From: Klebsormidium nitens
Lineage: Eukaryota > Plantae > Klebsormidiophyceae
Length of the DNA: 64,000 nucleotides
Reading direction: 5' to 3'
Assembly (NCBI GenBank): GCA_000708835.1
Contig: DF237387.1
Location: 1-64,000, forward strand
In this document: piece by piece, positions 61,437 to 64,000 of the stretch
How positions within the stretch are numbered: the first letter of the stretch is position 1
Layout: every line of letters starts with the position of its first letter
The notes under the pieces: model-generated
The model's database searches: none
Told to the model about the DNA's origin: nothing
The model's input: the letters and a program-made list of their open reading frames with translations, nothing else
Program-made: the position numbers and the translations under genes

Positions 61437-64000
61437 TCAAGAAGGCCTGGCTTTTTTTGACGCACGACTTGTATTTGAAAAGCTTCCCTCCGGTTCCTTC
61501 TTCTTGCTGCAGCGGCGCTCGGCAAGCTTCTCTATGTACTTCCAAGGTTGAGAAGGGTCAACCCCAGCCGCAGCCATACTAGCCTCGACCGCTTCAATTG
61601 CTGCAGCCTCATCCACGTTACCTCTCCGCATGACGTCTTCTATGATTATGCACAGTTTGCGGAACTTGGAGAAATACCTGATCTCTTTCACCCGCCCCCT
61701 CCTCCATGAACAGCCGTACAGATCCTCCAAATCCCTCAAGGGAAGCGGACAGCCTGGCTTGCCATGTGCCCATTCACTCCAATATTGAGCTACACACTGG
61801 TAATCTCTTCCTACCGTGTAACCCGAAACCCATTCGGGAAGGACGGTCGCATTCGAACGAACCCTCACAAAGGCCTGTCCGACGTCTGCGCTTTCTCTAA
61901 GAAGTTCGCCGTCCAGCTGGACTTCTCCACTGGGCTGTACGCCACCAGTCGTGCTGCTCGCTGGCCCCCCCTCTGGTGCACTACTGTATGCAGGCACCCT
62001 CTCCGGTGCGCGGCTGTTCTCTCCCCCCTCCTCTGGTGCGTGGCTGTCCGCGGGCACCCTCGCCGGTGCCCCGCCGTTTGAGGCGACCGCGTCCGAGGCG
62101 CGGCTGTCCGCTGCGCCCCCCTCTGGGGCTTGGCTGTTTTCTGTTCCTCCTTCTCGGGCAGGGCTGCCCGTTGGACTCCCGTTCGGTGCGCGTGTGTCCG
62201 CGGGCCTCCTCTCTGGTGCGCAGCCGTTGGCGGCGACCGCGTCCGGTGCGCGGGTGTCCGCGGACGTCCCCGCCGGTGCGGGGCTGTCCGAAGCGCCCCC
62301 TTCCGGTGCGCGACTGTCCGAAGCGCCCCCTTTCGGTGGCACGCAGCTGTCCGCGGACGCCCCTGCCGGTTCGCGGCGGTCCACAGCTCCCCCGTCCGGC
62401 GCGCAACTGTCCGCGGCGCCCCCGTCCGGTGTGCTGCCGTCCGTTGGCACACTCCCCGAGCACGCGGCCGCTCGTGCGGCTGCTCTTAAGGCAGCCTCTG
62501 TTGCTGCCGTAAGCGATGAGCTCGGGGGCCGAGCGAAAAAGGTCGGATGGCTTCTTCGGACAGCGGATTGCCCGCGCTCCACGGCAGTTGAAGCCCCACG
62601 TTCCCCGGTCGAGGAGGGGCTCGGAATTGCCCCAAAACGTTGGCCGGAACCGGAGTCCTGAAGGAGTCTCCTTAGTCCCGCCACCTCCTGCGCCAATTCC
62701 GCGATCTGCTTGAGGCCCGCTCGTTCCTTCTCCTTGCAGTCGCGAACGTCGCGTTGGATCCCAGCCAACAGTGCCTGATGATCCCGGAGGAGTGTAATGA
62801 CCTGCATAGAGCATACTCCAATGATTTGGGAGGCGACATGATGAGCGCGTCCTACGATATTTGACAGAAGAAGAGGGAAGCAAAAGTACGCCCGTAAAAG
62901 CATGCGCGGACCTTGCCGAGTTGCATAAGGACATCTCCGAAATGGATGACCGACGTGTCTCCTTTCCGAACAAAATCAGATACGAAGCTGACGTTTTATT
63001 GGCCCGTTCATCGACCGACACACTTGGCAAAGCCTTTGTCAGGGTCTGAATAGGGCTGTGGTACACCAAGGAGATACTTCGCTTGAAACGAAGACCTGCC
63101 CTGCTGACACGGTGGTCGTGTTTTGAATCAACCGTGATGCATTGTCCAAGCGAAGCGGTCTCACGGAAAGAACTTTGCTTATCTAAGCTCCCGAGGAGAA
63201 AGCATGCAGATCATAAGTTTCTTCACGCAGGTCAATCAGAACTCCGACCCCGATGGTGTAACGTACATTGGAGCAACACATCATAACAGTTGACTTTCAG
63301 CAAACAATCTGAACAGATGGGTACGTCTCTCTAAACCTTGAAAGCTAGTTCGGGATTCACCTCGGGTGGCAGGTTGATGAGTTGCGGCGGGGCCTCCGGT
63401 GCGTTGCACGCTTCCAAGACCTCCGCCGCAAACGAGTCCCAGTCATCGCCCTCAAAGATAGAGTGGTAGATGATGGGGTGACCGAGGTACTTTTCAAGGC
63501 TTTGTAGCACGGCCACGTCCTGGAGGATGACCGCACGCAGCTCAATGAGCAGCTCGACGAAGCGCTGTGCGGCGATGTCCCGCTCAGCCACGGGGCGAGT
63601 GAGATTCTTCTGCAGAGACTCGGTGAAAGTTAGCGTCTCTTCAAAAGAAGCTCTTTCTCCGTACGATGTACGCTGTTCGTCTCCTGATAGCAAATCGTAG
63701 TGCCCGAGCACGGCGGTGACAACAACCTCAGCCAAAGGAGAAGACCTTATTGCCGTGACCGGTGTGTTTTTTACTACTGTATGGTTCTCCAATTCGGTCC
63801 CGAGCGCTTCCTTTGAGCACGACTTGACCGGATTTTGAACACCCGGAACCATTGACCTCCAAGTACAAAGTGAAGTCTTCAAGTCTTCCTCGGAAGCCGC
63901 GGTTTTGAAAGAGCAAAGACCGTCTGATATGCAAGAACTCTTGAAGAATGGCGCAGGCATCTTCTTGGATTAACGCTCTCTTCAACCAGTGACTAAGGGG
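61437..64000 (-). mobile_element. Crypton-type (tyrosine-recombinase DNA transposon, CryptonF-like) element or domesticated derivative, 5' part outside window
   Basis: Spliced exons 63609-63337 and 62801-61437 (phase 0; branch-like gctaac before the 63610 acceptor). They encode the end of an Ndc10-II-like region (DIAAQRFVELLIELRAVILQDVAVL...HPIIYHSIF), a coiled coil, a repeat linker and GCR1_C (RDYQCVAQYWSEWAHGKPGCPLPLRDLEDLYGCSWRRGRVKEIRYFSKFRKL). Termini were not identified. Confidence 0.78.
61955..62440 (-). repeat. Degenerate 30-bp coding tandem repeat (~16 units; APxGGxADSR-like decapeptides) in the Crypton ORF linker
   Basis: Periodic peptide TPDGGAADSC/APDGGAVDRR/APEGGASDSP/APEGGAADSR etc. 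in ORF 61437..62903. Confidence 0.9.

Noticed and set aside
61981-63069. 362-aa alternative-frame ORF and plus-strand ORFs overlapping the Crypton repeat
   Set aside because: They arise from the stop-free 30-bp GC-rich repeat; the GCR1_C-containing frame is the credible one.

Overview
Intron-rich eukaryotic nuclear DNA, most likely a streptophyte green alga of the Klebsormidium type. That is inferred from an ANGUSTIFOLIA orthologue, a plant-type mS33, an oleosin-like gene and short GT-AG introns; no database check was possible. All gene models were assembled by eye from splice signals and frame/phase consistency. Left to right: (1) a diverged ~5.9-kb tandem duplication carrying a secreted dienelactone hydrolase gene and the last three exons of ANGUSTIFOLIA, with reciprocal inactivation (copy A: intact hydrolase, dead AN fragment; copy B: frameshifted hydrolase, intact AN); (2) full-length ANGUSTIFOLIA (minus) with a strong-Kozak uORF; (3) a regularly spaced five-copy telo-box array between AN and the divergent mitochondrial ribosomal protein mS33 gene; (4) an oleosin-like gene with RY/G-box motifs upstream; (5) a hypothetical protein with a TFIIS-N-like C-terminus; (6) a Cys/Met-metabolism PLP enzyme with a Cys-rich insertion; (7) an ARM/coiled-coil/RING E3 ligase; (8) a 12-exon gene for a prokaryote-type DUF262 (GmrSD/SspE-family, ParB-like NTPase) protein with a transit-peptide-like N-terminus, the most striking item; (9) a SERAC1-like ARM + alpha/beta-hydrolase gene; (10) the 3' part of a Crypton-type (Ndc10-II/GCR1_C) element running off the right edge.
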